This document shows positions 1 to 9,141 of a DNA stretch of 24,893 nucleotides, one piece after another. The notes below the pieces were generated by a model. The model had not been told where the DNA came from. It worked only from the letters and a program-made list of their open reading frames with translations, and searched no databases. A program made the translations under genes and the position numbers. This DNA comes from Acidobacteriota bacterium. Its GTDB lineage: Bacteria > Acidobacteriota > UBA6911 > JACQSX01. Positions within the stretch are counted from its first letter, which is position 1. Every line of letters starts with the position of its first letter. Where the stretch lies: the NCBI GenBank assembly GCA_036507075.1, contig DASXQR010000202.1, forward strand, positions 1 through 24,893. Reading direction: 5' to 3'.

Positions 1-118
1 AAACTTGAAGGATGAAGTCATCAGAGCCGGGTCAGCCCGCCGGTGACGACCTCATCCTTCAAGTTTCGGCCCCGCCCTTTGCGCCTCCTCTTGGCGCTCT
101 TTGCGGTCTTGGCGGTGA
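1..118. repeat. Fold-back element A, truncated by the window edge: inner inverted repeat plus 9-mer arm
   Basis: Positions 1-23 pair with 44-66 (AAACTTGAAGGATGA / TCATCCTTCAAGTTT perfect for 15 bp, 21/23 overall). Then CTTTGCGCC..CTTGGCGCT CTTTGCGGT CTTGGCGGT at 77-116. Confidence 0.85.
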
Positions 119-175
119 GGATTTTTTGGAATGATCCGGCAAATCCCGAATTCTGACGCGAACATTCCTTTCTAT

Positions 176-2839
176 ATGGATCCCGACCAGATTCCAAAGA
201 CCTACGATGCCCGCGCGGCTGAACAGCGCTGGTATCCATTCTGGGAGGAAAACAGGTTCTTTGTAGCGGACCCGGATTCCGAGGCCGAGCCTTTCTGCAT
301 TGTGATGCCGCCGCCCAACATCACCGGCTCGCTGCATATGGGTCATGCTCTGACCAACAGCCTGCAAGACGTGATCATTCGCTGGAGGAGAATGCAGGGG
401 TTCAACACGCTCTGGCTCCCCGGGACTGACCACGCCGGCATTGGCACTCAGAATGTGATCGAACGGCAACTCGCCGAGAAGAATCTGCACCGCAAGGACA
501 TCGGGCGCGAGAAATTCGAGCAGATCACCTGGGAGTGGAAGCAAAGCGCCGAACAAACCATTCACTACCAGCTCCGCAAACTGGGCTATAGCTGCGACTG
601 GACCCGCGTGGCGTTCACCATGGAGCCGCGAATGTCACGGGCCGTGAATGAAGTATTCGTGAGGCTTTACGAAGACGGCCTGATCTATCGCGGTGAATAC
701 ATTGTGAACTGGTGCCCTCGATGCACCACCGCTGTTTCCGACCTGGAAGCGCAGCACCAGCCCGAACAGGGAAAGCTGTACTACATACGTTACCCGCTGG
801 AAGGCTCCGGCGAGAGCGTCACAGTGGCTACCACACGGCCTGAGACGATGCTGGGAGATACGGCGGTGGCAGTGCACCCTGAGGATGAACGCTATGCGCC
901 GCTGGTGGGAAAAATCATCCGGCTTCCCCTGCTCAGCCGGAAAATCCCCATCATTGCCGATACCCTCGTGCAGAGAGAATTCGGAACGGGGGCAGTGAAA
1001 ATTACTCCGGCCCACGACCCAAATGATTACCAGGCGGGCTTGCGCCATCAGTTGCCGCAGGTACAGGTTATCGGCGAGACCGGCACAATGACGGTCGCCG
1101 CCGGGCCGTATGCCGGATTGAGCAGGGAAGCGGCGCGCCGCCGTGTGCTGGAGGATTTGAGAGCTCAGGGATTCCTGGTCAGGGAGGAGGCGCACACGCT
1201 CAGCGTTGCTCACTGCCAACGCTGCAACACGGTGATCGAGCCGCTCGTTTCCACCCAGTGGTTTGTAAAGATCGCGCCGCTGGCGCAACCCGCCATTGAA
1301 GCGGTGGAGAGCGGTCATATTCGCTTCATCCCCGCAAATTACGAAAAGGTGTACTTCGAGTGGATGCGCAATATTCATGACTGGTGCATCTCACGCCAGT
1401 TATGGTGGGGACATCGCATTCCCGCCTGGTACTGTGAAGCCTGCGGCAGGATGCTGGTCACCCGCAATACCCCTGCCCGCTGCCCGCAGTGCGGCAATGA
1501 AAATCTGCTGCAGGATCCCGACGTGCTCGATACCTGGTTTAGTTCCGGGTTGTGGCCATTCTCGACTTTTGGATGGCCGGATCAAACAAGCGAGCTGGCT
1601 GTTTTTTATCCAAACAGCGTGATGATGACCGGGTTTGACATCATTTTCTTCTGGGTCGCCCGCATGATCATGATGGGGATCTACTGCATGAAGGAAGTCC
1701 CATTCCCGCTGGTATTCCTGAATGGCTTGGTGCGCAATGAGCAGAAACAGAAAATGAGCAAGAGCAAGGGCAACGCCGTCGACCCGCTTGAGATCATCGA
1801 TCAGTATGGCGCCGATGCGGTGCGATTCACGTTGGCTGTAATGTCAGGCGCCGGCACAGACATCGTCTTTTCCACGGATCGCATGATCGGCTATCGCGCG
1901 TTCGCCAACAAAATCTGGAACGCGGTGCGCTTCCTCCTGATCAATCTGCCCGATCAGACGCCGGCGGTTTCGCGCGAGGAGATCAAGCGCATGCTGGCGG
2001 CGTCGCCTGTCTCCATTGCCAATCTTTGGATTCTGCACCGGCTCAACAGCGCCGTCCGGCAGGTGAACGCCTATCTCGAAAAATTCCGTTTCGATGAAGC
2101 CGGCAACACACTGTATCACTTCTTCTGGCATGAGTTGTGCGACTGGTATCTGGAGCTGACCAAACCGGTGCTGGCGCAAAAGCAGGGGCCTGACTACCAC
2201 CAGACCGTCAAAGTGCTGGTTTATACGCTGGACAATTCATTGAGGGCGCTTCACCCGGTGATGCCTTTTATCACCGAAGATTTGTGGCAGAGACTTCCGC
2301 ATCAAGGGCAGTCCATTTGTATCGCCTCGTATCCGGCTGCCGATAAGGCTTTTGAAAATCAGAAAGCGGAGGAGGAGCTTAATGAGCTGATAGATTTTGT
2401 AACAGCGGTTCGCACCGTTCGCTCGGAAAATAACCTCGACCCGGCGCGGAAAATGGTGCTGGAACTGCTGGCCGGCAAGGAAAGTCGCCAGCGCCTCGAA
2501 TCGTATCGACCGGCCATTATGGCATTGGCGCGTCTAAACGAAATCCGAACCGTGGACGCGTTTGCCGAAAATGGAAACAGGTTGAAGGGTTTTTCCGAGA
2601 TCGGCCCGTTTGCGCTGCTGCTGGACAGCACCATCGATGTTAAGACGGAGGCCGAGAGGCTCAAAAAGGAGATTCAGAAACTGGAGGAGGAAATTGAGCG
2701 CCACTCCGCCAGGCTTTCCAATGAGGAATTCCTCAGGAAAGCTCCGCCCAAAGTGGTCGAAGGGGCGCGTGAAAAACAAAGCGAGCTTTCTGAAAAGCTG
2801 AAGAAGTTCACGGTGGAGCTGCGTCGGCTCGAACAATGA
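176..2839 (+). CDS. valS: Valyl-tRNA synthetase
   Basis: Class I aaRS motifs [13 protein letters not shown] and KMSKS, plus [21 protein letters not shown] and the C-terminal coiled coil ([13 protein letters not shown]). The ORF opens at 131; ATG 176 ([11 protein letters not shown]) matches the usual ValRS N-terminus, so the start is an inference. Confidence 0.97.
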   Translation: MDPDQIPKTYDARAAEQRWYPFWEENRFFVADPDSEAEPFCIVMPPPNITGSLHMGHALTNSLQDVIIRWRRMQGFNTLWLPGTDHAGIGTQNVIERQLAEKNLHRKDIGREKFEQITWEWKQSAEQTIHYQLRKLGYSCDWTRVAFTMEPRMSRAVNEVFVRLYEDGLIYRGEYIVNWCPRCTTAVSDLEAQHQPEQGKLYYIRYPLEGSGESVTVATTRPETMLGDTAVAVHPEDERYAPLVGKIIRLPLLSRKIPIIADTLVQREFGTGAVKITPAHDPNDYQAGLRHQLPQVQVIGETGTMTVAAGPYAGLSREAARRRVLEDLRAQGFLVREEAHTLSVAHCQRCNTVIEPLVSTQWFVKIAPLAQPAIEAVESGHIRFIPANYEKVYFEWMRNIHDWCISRQLWWGHRIPAWYCEACGRMLVTRNTPARCPQCGNENLLQDPDVLDTWFSSGLWPFSTFGWPDQTSELAVFYPNSVMMTGFDIIFFWVARMIMMGIYCMKEVPFPLVFLNGLVRNEQKQKMSKSKGNAVDPLEIIDQYGADAVRFTLAVMSGAGTDIVFSTDRMIGYRAFANKIWNAVRFLLINLPDQTPAVSREEIKRMLAASPVSIANLWILHRLNSAVRQVNAYLEKFRFDEAGNTLYHFFWHELCDWYLELTKPVLAQKQGPDYHQTVKVLVYTLDNSLRALHPVMPFITEDLWQRLPHQGQSICIASYPAADKAFENQKAEEELNELIDFVTAVRTVRSENNLDPARKMVLELLAGKESRQRLESYRPAIMALARLNEIRTVDAFAENGNRLKGFSEIGPFALLLDSTIDVKTEAERLKKEIQKLEEEIERHSARLSNEEFLRKAPPKVVEGAREKQSELSEKLKKFTVELRRLEQ

Positions 2840-2894
2840 TTCGCGCTTGCATCCAGTCCAAATTCGGCAATCTCAAGTTCGGAACTCTAAAGCC

Positions 2895-3740
2895 ATGGCC
2901 TCACTTCCTGCTAGCCCCCTGGTAAGGCAAATTGTTGAGGCTGCGCTTGCCGAGGACCTTGGCCGGGGAGACGTAACCACTACGGCCTTTGTTGATCCGG
3001 GGAAGCGAGCCGCCGGCGCATTTATCGCACAGCAGGCATTTATCTGGTGTGGAGGTCCGCTGCTGCCGATCATTTTTCAGATACAGGACCCATCCGTTTC
3101 GGTTTCCGTGTCAATGGCCGACGGTCAAGCCGTGCAGCCGGGCACGATTCTGGCCGAGGCGGAAGGCGCGGCCGGCTCTCTGCTGGCAGCCGAACGGGTA
3201 TCACTCAATTTCCTGCAGCGTCTTTCTGGAATCGCCACTACCACAAACCGGTTTGTGCAGGCGATCCGTGGAACTTCCTCGCGAATTCTGGACACCCGAA
3301 AGACGACTCCTGGCCTGCGCGTCCTGGAAAAATACGCGGTGCGCGTCGGCGGAGGGCAGAATCATCGCGCCGGCCTTGACGACGGGATTCTCGTGAAAGA
3401 GAACCATATCCAGGCGGCCGGGGGCCTGCCGCAGGTGATTCGAAGGCTGGGGAACATCAGCCGCGGACTGCTTCGGGTTGAAATTGAAGTGGAGAATCTC
3501 GACCAGTTGAAACAGTTGGTTGATCATCCTGTCGACGTGATCATGCTTGACAATATGAGTCCGGCGGACGTCGCCGAGGCTGTCCGAATCGCGGCCGGCC
3601 GTTTCAAGTTGGAGGCCTCGGGCGGCATTACCCTGGACAATGTTCTGGAGTATGCTGAAACAGGCGTCGATTACATTTCGGTGGGAGCTTTGACGCATTC
3701 CTGCCAGTCGGTCGACATATCCTTCCTATTGCGGAACTGA
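2895..3740 (+). CDS. nadC: Quinolinate phosphoribosyltransferase (nicotinate-nucleotide pyrophosphorylase)
   Basis: Motifs ALAEDLGRGDVTT, ERVSLNFLQRLSGIAT, DTRKTTPGLR, NHRAGLDD, IMLDNM, EASGGI and ISVGALTH. Start placed at ATG 2895 rather than TTG 2847. Confidence 0.96.
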   Translation: MASLPASPLVRQIVEAALAEDLGRGDVTTTAFVDPGKRAAGAFIAQQAFIWCGGPLLPIIFQIQDPSVSVSVSMADGQAVQPGTILAEAEGAAGSLLAAERVSLNFLQRLSGIATTTNRFVQAIRGTSSRILDTRKTTPGLRVLEKYAVRVGGGQNHRAGLDDGILVKENHIQAAGGLPQVIRRLGNISRGLLRVEIEVENLDQLKQLVDHPVDVIMLDNMSPADVAEAVRIAAGRFKLEASGGITLDNVLEYAETGVDYISVGALTHSCQSVDISFLLRN

Positions 3741-3742
3741 TC

Positions 3743-4528
3743 TTGCCGGAACGTTGCTCTCTTCCCGATCTGCCATATTCGATTCTGCATTTCCTTGAAA
3801 TTGACAGCACCAGTCAGTATCTTCGCGAGTGGGGAAGGCAATTCCCGGAAAACGGCCTGGTGGTCTGGGCCGATTACCAGACTGCAGGACGCGGCCGGAT
3901 GGGGAGAGTTTGGCACGCGGAACGAACAGAGGGCCTTTGCTTCTCAATGCTGATTTCGCCGGCACACCCGCGCAGTGTCATGCGCATTCCCCTGGCGGCC
4001 GCAGTGGTGCTGTACGATACGCTGGTGCAGCAGGAGGCCTCGCTGAAAGATTCTCTTGACCTGAAATGGCCCAATGACGTTTTGCTCGGGCACAAAAAGG
4101 TTGCCGGAATTCTGACAGAGCTCGACAACGGTGAAAACGGTTCGTTCGTTGTGCTCGGCGTCGGACTCAACTGCAATCAGGAACAATTCTCCCCCTCTCT
4201 GCCTGGCGCCACTTCCTTGCGCATTGAACTGGGACGCGCGGTGAAACGGGCGACGCTGCTGGAGCAGTTTCTGAGGAACTGGCACCAGTACTTTCAGAGT
4301 TTCTTTGACTGGCCGGCGGCAGGAGTGGAGGTAATCGCCGACTGGAAGACGCGCAGTCAATTCTGGAGGAACCAGCCGGTTCAATTCGTCATTGACAGCA
4401 AAAAGATGCAAGCAAGAACGCGCGATCTCGCTCCCTCGGGCGCCCTGGTGGTTCTGTTAGAATCTGGAGAGCAAAGAGAGATTATTTCCGGCGAGGTAGA
4501 GTGGATCCGTGTGAAAGACGGTCAGTAG
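3743..4528 (+). CDS. birA: Biotin--[acetyl-CoA carboxylase] ligase, monofunctional (no N-terminal HTH)
   Basis: Motifs QTAGRGRMGRVW, LKWPND, KKVAGIL and GVGLN. TTG start 2 nt after the nadC stop; the start is uncertain. Confidence 0.93.
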   Translation: MPERCSLPDLPYSILHFLEIDSTSQYLREWGRQFPENGLVVWADYQTAGRGRMGRVWHAERTEGLCFSMLISPAHPRSVMRIPLAAAVVLYDTLVQQEASLKDSLDLKWPNDVLLGHKKVAGILTELDNGENGSFVVLGVGLNCNQEQFSPSLPGATSLRIELGRAVKRATLLEQFLRNWHQYFQSFFDWPAAGVEVIADWKTRSQFWRNQPVQFVIDSKKMQARTRDLAPSGALVVLLESGEQREIISGEVEWIRVKDGQ

Positions 4529-4531
4529 ACT

Positions 4532-4641
4532 GTTGTCCGTGGTCCGTTGTTCGTTGTCAGTGGTCCGTGATAACAACTGACAACTGACACAACTGACAAC
4601 TGACAACTGACAACGAACCATTGACAACGGACAACTGACAA
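4532..4641. repeat. Fold-back element B: inverted heptamer arrays GTKGTCM / ACAACTG
   Basis: Five units GTTGTCC GTGGTCC GTTGTTC GTTGTCA GTGGTCC (4532-4566), a 6-nt gap, then about nine ACAACTG-like units (4573-4641). Confidence 0.92.
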
Positions 4642-4644
4642 AAG

Positions 4645-5583
4645 ATGAGTATTTTTAACTACAAGGAACAACCCGGCTATTTCAGCCGCCTGAAAGAAGC
4701 TATTCAGGTCACCAAAAAAGACTTCGTCGATAAGATCGACGACGCCCTGGGTCGCGAGAAAGAGATCGACGAAAACCTGCTCGACGATCTGGAAAGAATT
4801 CTCATTTCCACCGATGTGGGAGTCGACACGGCGGTCAAGACCATCGACAAAATTCGAGTGCTGGCCAGCAGCAAACAGTTGCGAAACATTCGCGAAGTGA
4901 AGCGGCTGATCAAGTCTGAACTGCTCGAGATCCTGAAAAAGGTCGATTCGGAGCCACCCTTGAATGGGGTGCCGATTCGCGTCGTGATGGTGATAGGCGT
5001 AAACGGCGTGGGCAAGACCACTACCATCGGTAAGCTGGCCCGGCTTTACAAGCAGCAGGGCAAAGAGGTCTTGATTTGCGCCGCCGACACTTTCCGGGCG
5101 GCGGCCGTAGAACAACTCGCCGTCTGGGCGGAGCGCAATCAGGTGGAAATGGTCAAGCAGAAAACCGGATCGGACCCATCGGCGGTTTTGTTCGACGCTA
5201 TTGCCGCTTCCAAGGCGCGCCGCAAGAGCGTCATCATCGTGGACACGGCCGGAAGACTCCACACCAAGAGCAACTTGATGCAGGAGCTGGAAAAGATGAA
5301 GCGCGTCGCGGGAAGGGAAGTCCCAGGTGCTCCCCACGATATTCTGCTGGTTCTTGACGCAACTACCGGTCAGAACGGTCTGGTACAGGCTCGCGAGTTT
5401 ACGCGTTCGGTGGGCGTTACCGGCTTGATTGTGACAAAGCTCGATGGCACGGCCAAGGGAGGGATTCTGATTGCGATCGCCAGGGAACTGGGCTTGCCTA
5501 TTTATTATATTGGCGTGGGCGAAGGGATCGAAGACCTGATGGTATTTTCGCCTGAGGCTTACGTGGAGGGACTTTTCGATTAG
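4645..5583 (+). CDS. ftsY: Signal recognition particle receptor FtsY (short NG form)
   Basis: Motifs GVNGVGKTTTIGKLA, DTFRAAAVEQL, DTAGRLH, LDATTGQN, TKLDGTAKGG and GVGEGIEDL. Confidence 0.97.
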   Translation: MSIFNYKEQPGYFSRLKEAIQVTKKDFVDKIDDALGREKEIDENLLDDLERILISTDVGVDTAVKTIDKIRVLASSKQLRNIREVKRLIKSELLEILKKVDSEPPLNGVPIRVVMVIGVNGVGKTTTIGKLARLYKQQGKEVLICAADTFRAAAVEQLAVWAERNQVEMVKQKTGSDPSAVLFDAIAASKARRKSVIIVDTAGRLHTKSNLMQELEKMKRVAGREVPGAPHDILLVLDATTGQNGLVQAREFTRSVGVTGLIVTKLDGTAKGGILIAIARELGLPIYYIGVGEGIEDLMVFSPEAYVEGLFD

Positions 5584-5857
5584 TCCGTGGTCAGTGGTCC
5601 GTTGTCCGTAGTCATTGTTGCGGGTTAGCGGGTTATCGAGTTACGGGTTAGTGGGTTATCGAGTTACGGGTTCCGAGTTTTAGAACTTAAGATTTAAAAA
5701 CTAGAAATTAATGGAAGCTGCCGCGCTCAATTTTCAAATTTTGAATTCTTCAATTCCACAATTCATTACAATTCATAACCGAAACCCGTAACCCGAAACC
5801 CCGAAACCCGTAACCCGTAAACCCGAAAACCCGAAAACGACAACTGACAACGGACAA
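5583..5857. repeat. Fold-back element C: three nested inverted repeat arrays
   Basis: Outer GTGGTCC-type 5583-5613 / GACAACT-type 5839-5857. Middle CGGGTTA-type 5621-5680 / AACCCG(T/A)-type 5777-5838. Inner AT-rich TTTAGAA-type ~5679-5709 / AATTTTC-type ~5729-5776. Confidence 0.9.
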
Positions 5858-5859
5858 AC

Positions 5860-7641
5860 ATGAAACTAAGCAACTACTCGCTGAACTACTCACGGTTGCT
5901 GGCGGCGCGGCAGATGGATATCTTCAGGTTTCTCGAAATCTGCCGGGAGCTGCAACTGGAAGGGGCCAGTCTCCATGTTCGCGACCTGGAAAGCACCCAG
6001 CCGGATTACTTGAAAAAAATCCGCCGGCATTTCCTTGACAATGGTCTTTCCCTTGCGTTGCTGACCGTCACAACGGATTTTGGCAAGGCGGACCACCAGC
6101 CGGAGTTCGAAAAGGCAGTGGAAGCTCTGCGCGTGGCAGCGTTTCTGGGTGCTCCTTTGCTGCGGGTTTTCGCAGGCTCGCCGGTTGCTGAAACGGAACG
6201 CTCGGCGACCTTCCAACGGGCTGCCGGCGGCCTCCGGAAAGTCTGCGAAGCCGCTGCAGAATGGGGGATTCCAGTCGGCCTGCAGAACCACAATCACGGC
6301 GCGCTCTGCAGGACGGGTGACGAAGTGATTCGTTTTATGCGGAACGTGAACCACGCGAACCTCACATTTGTACTCGACACCGGGCAATTTGCCGGGTCGC
6401 GGGGAGCCAGCGGCGCTGCACCTCCCGAGCTGCAGTCCGCTGATCCGATGGAAAGCATTCGCCAGACTGCGTCCCTGGCGCGCTACGTGCGGGCCAAGTT
6501 TTACAGCCCGGCGCGGGATGGATCCGAGCCTTCGATCGATTACCGCAAGGTAGTGGACATTATGGACGGCGTGCATTATCAGGGCTTCATTGACATCGTG
6601 TACGAGCCGCCGCAGGATGGCGAAGACTTGCGTTCCGCCCTGCCGCGCGTGGTCTCTTTTTTGCGCTCGGTGATCAATTCCGGGGCGCAATCGGGAAGTT
6701 CTCAGAGGAGGGACGCCCGTTATGGGAACCTTACGCCTGAGAAATACTTTGCAGCGGCAGAGGTTCGCGTTGAAAACCAGCTTGCTTTCCTTGAGGGCCC
6801 GGCAGTGGATCGCAAAGGAGCTGTTTTCTTCACCAACATTCCCGCCGAGCAGATCCTCAAGTGGGACCCCGATGCGAAGAAGTTGTCGGTCATCAGGGAG
6901 AAGAGCAATCAAGCCAACGGCCTGATGTTCGACAGGGAGGGCAGGTTGGTGGCTTGCGAGGGTGGAGGTCGCGTCACCCGAATGAACGTCGGGACCGGGA
7001 AGCTTGAGGTTCTAGCCGCCGGCTATCAAGGCAAACCGCTCGGCGCGCCCAATGATTTGACGGTGGATCAAAGGGGACGCATTTATTTCACCTCACGTCT
7101 GGCCAATCGTGATCCGCAATCAGGCAACGTGAACGCGGTGTATCGGATTGATCCCGACGGCACGACCCACCGAATCCTGGCCTGGCCCGACATTGACATG
7201 CCCAACGGCATTGACACATCCCCCGATGACAAACGGTTATACCTGATTGATGCAGATTCCGGCGAAAACCGGGCCCGCAGGATCCGAGTTTATGACCTGC
7301 AACCGGACGGCACCGCCACCAACGGCAGATTGTTGTATGACTTTTACCCTGGCCGCAGTGGAGACGGAATGGCCGTCGATCAGGAGGGTAATCTGTACAT
7401 CGCGGCAGGCTTGCATCGGCGGCGCGCGACCAGCGAGACTCTCCATACGCGTCCTGGCATTCACGTGATCACACCCACGGGAAACCTGGCTGCTTTTGTG
7501 GAAACGCCCGAAGATACCATTACCAACTGCGCGTTTGGCGGGCCGGATTGGCGGACGCTCTACATCACGTGCGGCAAACTTCTGCTAAGCATTCGCACCC
7601 AGATCCCGGGCAAGGCATCTTACCGGCCGGAGAGGGGCTAA
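5860..7641 (+). CDS. Fusion protein: N-terminal sugar-phosphate isomerase/epimerase (xylose-isomerase-like TIM barrel) plus C-terminal SMP-30/gluconolactonase beta-propeller
   Basis: Residues ~1-275 carry LGAPLLRVFAG, GLQNH, LDTGQF and YQGFIDIVYE. A Ser/Gly linker (SGAQSGSSQ) follows. Residues ~305-585 carry EGP, ANGLMFDREGRL, PNDLTVDQRGRIYFT, PNGI, DGMAVDQEGNLY and TNCAFGGPDWRTLYIT. Confidence 0.85.
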   Translation: MKLSNYSLNYSRLLAARQMDIFRFLEICRELQLEGASLHVRDLESTQPDYLKKIRRHFLDNGLSLALLTVTTDFGKADHQPEFEKAVEALRVAAFLGAPLLRVFAGSPVAETERSATFQRAAGGLRKVCEAAAEWGIPVGLQNHNHGALCRTGDEVIRFMRNVNHANLTFVLDTGQFAGSRGASGAAPPELQSADPMESIRQTASLARYVRAKFYSPARDGSEPSIDYRKVVDIMDGVHYQGFIDIVYEPPQDGEDLRSALPRVVSFLRSVINSGAQSGSSQRRDARYGNLTPEKYFAAAEVRVENQLAFLEGPAVDRKGAVFFTNIPAEQILKWDPDAKKLSVIREKSNQANGLMFDREGRLVACEGGGRVTRMNVGTGKLEVLAAGYQGKPLGAPNDLTVDQRGRIYFTSRLANRDPQSGNVNAVYRIDPDGTTHRILAWPDIDMPNGIDTSPDDKRLYLIDADSGENRARRIRVYDLQPDGTATNGRLLYDFYPGRSGDGMAVDQEGNLYIAAGLHRRRATSETLHTRPGIHVITPTGNLAAFVETPEDTITNCAFGGPDWRTLYITCGKLLLSIRTQIPGKASYRPERG

Positions 7642-7753
7642 TGCGGAATGCGGAATGTGGAATGCGGAATGCGGAATATATCCAACTTGAGTCTTTCTTA
7701 GCCGAGATTAAAATCGCTCCTAATTCCGCATTCCGCATTCCGAAATCCGCATT
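7640..7753. repeat. Fold-back element D: AATGCGG x5 / ATTCCGC x4, between convergent genes
   Basis: Left arm 7640-7677, right arm 7723-7753. A second copy lies at 16113-16213. Confidence 0.93.
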
Positions 7754-7764
7754 CGGAACTCATG

Positions 7765-8871
7765 TTATCGGTCCACCAGTTTGAGCCGTATCATCTGCAC
7801 GCGCTCGGGTCGATCAAGGAAGTTGTCCGGGTTGAAGCGACGCAGGTAGAAGCGCGCTAATCCGAATCCCGCTCCCAGCACGGCGGTTCCGACGACAAAT
7901 ATCCCGCTCAGCGCCAGCGAACTGACCACGGTGTTAAGAAGTAACCTGACTCCGCCGCCGGCCCGGCGCGGATTTTTTTGCCTGTCAACTATCCACTTGA
8001 TCGACGGCGTGTACTGGATTTTGTTCAGCAGCGCACGCGCCTCGTCTCCGGGCATCATCTCAGTCAACGCAAGGATGACACCGGCGCGCTTTGCGTACAT
8101 CCGGTGGCTCTTGTCTTCGACATAGTCCCTGATTCGCTGAAAACTTTGAAACGCGAGCGCCTGGGTCGGGTACCCGAGAATAATCAGTCGCCCGCCCTGC
8201 GCGCCGTACCGGCCTATAGCTGCCTGCACGCTCTTTTCCAAGCCCAGCCTGGAATAAATATCGGAAAGCTTGCCATCGGAGGGCACCAGCTCTCCAACAA
8301 AGAATTGGACAGTCGCGGTATCCAGCCCGGCCGTTGGAAGCAGGTCAGCCACGATCGGGATTTGACCGTGGTACGGTACCTGGTCGGCCAGTTTCGCAGC
8401 CATTGGCTCCAGCTCGACGGATGACTTGCCCCGTAGCCTGAAAAAATAGTTTCCTTTCCAGAATGTCAGACCTCCATCAGCGACACTTGAACCATCACCA
8501 AGGTCTCCCAGTTTCTTTACCGGCGTGGAAACTTGGGTGAAAAGGCCATAGGCGCCGGGCGGATCCAACATCTCGAAAACTTCAGCGACGACTCTTCCAG
8601 GCCTTTCCAGTATCTGGAACGAGAGCAATCCGTACTCTCTGAGCCAGGAGGCATTCACGCCAGTCTGACTGGAAACCTGCCCGGAATCCTGGTGAATCAC
8701 CGCGCCGCTGATGAACCCGGGCAAAAAGAACCTGGGGCCGGAAGGTGCTATAGAAACGATGGTTGCCGCTTCCTGACGGGATGATAATGCGCCCCCTGTC
8801 ATGAAAAGCAAGACCAGCAGCAAGTACCGGCAGCAGGGCCGGCTTGGGTCAGGGAAAAGGCGTTCCATCAT
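7765..8871 (-). CDS. Membrane-anchored hypothetical protein, DUF6599-like (acidobacterial type)
   Basis: Long ORF with an N-terminal hydrophobic signal (YLLLVLLFMTGGALS) and a C-terminal TM segment (LALSGIFVVGTAVLGAGFGL). Motifs GAYGLFT, GYPTQALA and FLDRPE resemble this family from memory. Start ATG 8871 or 8868 is inferred. Confidence 0.6.
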   Translation of the reverse strand: MMERLFPDPSRPCCRYLLLVLLFMTGGALSSRQEAATIVSIAPSGPRFFLPGFISGAVIHQDSGQVSSQTGVNASWLREYGLLSFQILERPGRVVAEVFEMLDPPGAYGLFTQVSTPVKKLGDLGDGSSVADGGLTFWKGNYFFRLRGKSSVELEPMAAKLADQVPYHGQIPIVADLLPTAGLDTATVQFFVGELVPSDGKLSDIYSRLGLEKSVQAAIGRYGAQGGRLIILGYPTQALAFQSFQRIRDYVEDKSHRMYAKRAGVILALTEMMPGDEARALLNKIQYTPSIKWIVDRQKNPRRAGGGVRLLLNTVVSSLALSGIFVVGTAVLGAGFGLARFYLRRFNPDNFLDRPERVQMIRLKLVDR

Positions 8872-8972
8872 GACATTTCTATTGTAAACCACCGAAGGTG
8901 TTCACCGTCGCTTTTGCAGGCGGTACATGGATAGACAACAGAGGCTGGCGGCGCGTTCCAGACATTTTCTTG

Positions 8973-9129
8973 AAGGAATCACCACAAAGACACAAAGGGC
9001 ACGAAGAACCTTTTAGCCGCCGGTGGTCAGCTCTGACCATGCTCTTGCAAATCTGCTGGTTCCAGGAGAGCTGACCACCGGCGGCCAAAAGGTTTCTTTG
9101 TGCTCTTTGTGTCTTTGTGGTGATTCCTT
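8973..9129. repeat. Fold-back element E: 62-bp inverted repeat with a 32-nt loop and 8/9-mer outer arms
   Basis: 8973-9034 versus the reverse complement of 9067-9129 shows 3 substitutions and one 1-nt indel. The outer part reads ACCACAAAG ACACAAAG GGCACGAAG. Confidence 0.95.
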
Positions 9130-9141
9130 TCCTGAGATTTC

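Noticed and set aside
1..175. T-box riboswitch upstream of valS (also considered for alaS)
   Set aside because: No T-box consensus (GGTGGNACCGCG) or specifier-stem pattern is visible. The hairpins belong to the repeat families.
7640..7753. Calling the fold-back elements ordinary rho-independent terminators
   Set aside because: The stems are long, repeat-built and have large loops, and most lack an adjacent U-tract. A termination role is possible but cannot be supported from sequence alone.
7548..7784. ORF with MRNAECGMRNAEY and the similar ORF at 15867..16217
   Set aside because: The shared peptide comes from the duplicated AATGCGG element. Both ORFs overlap real genes, so there is no evidence of a peptide-coding role.
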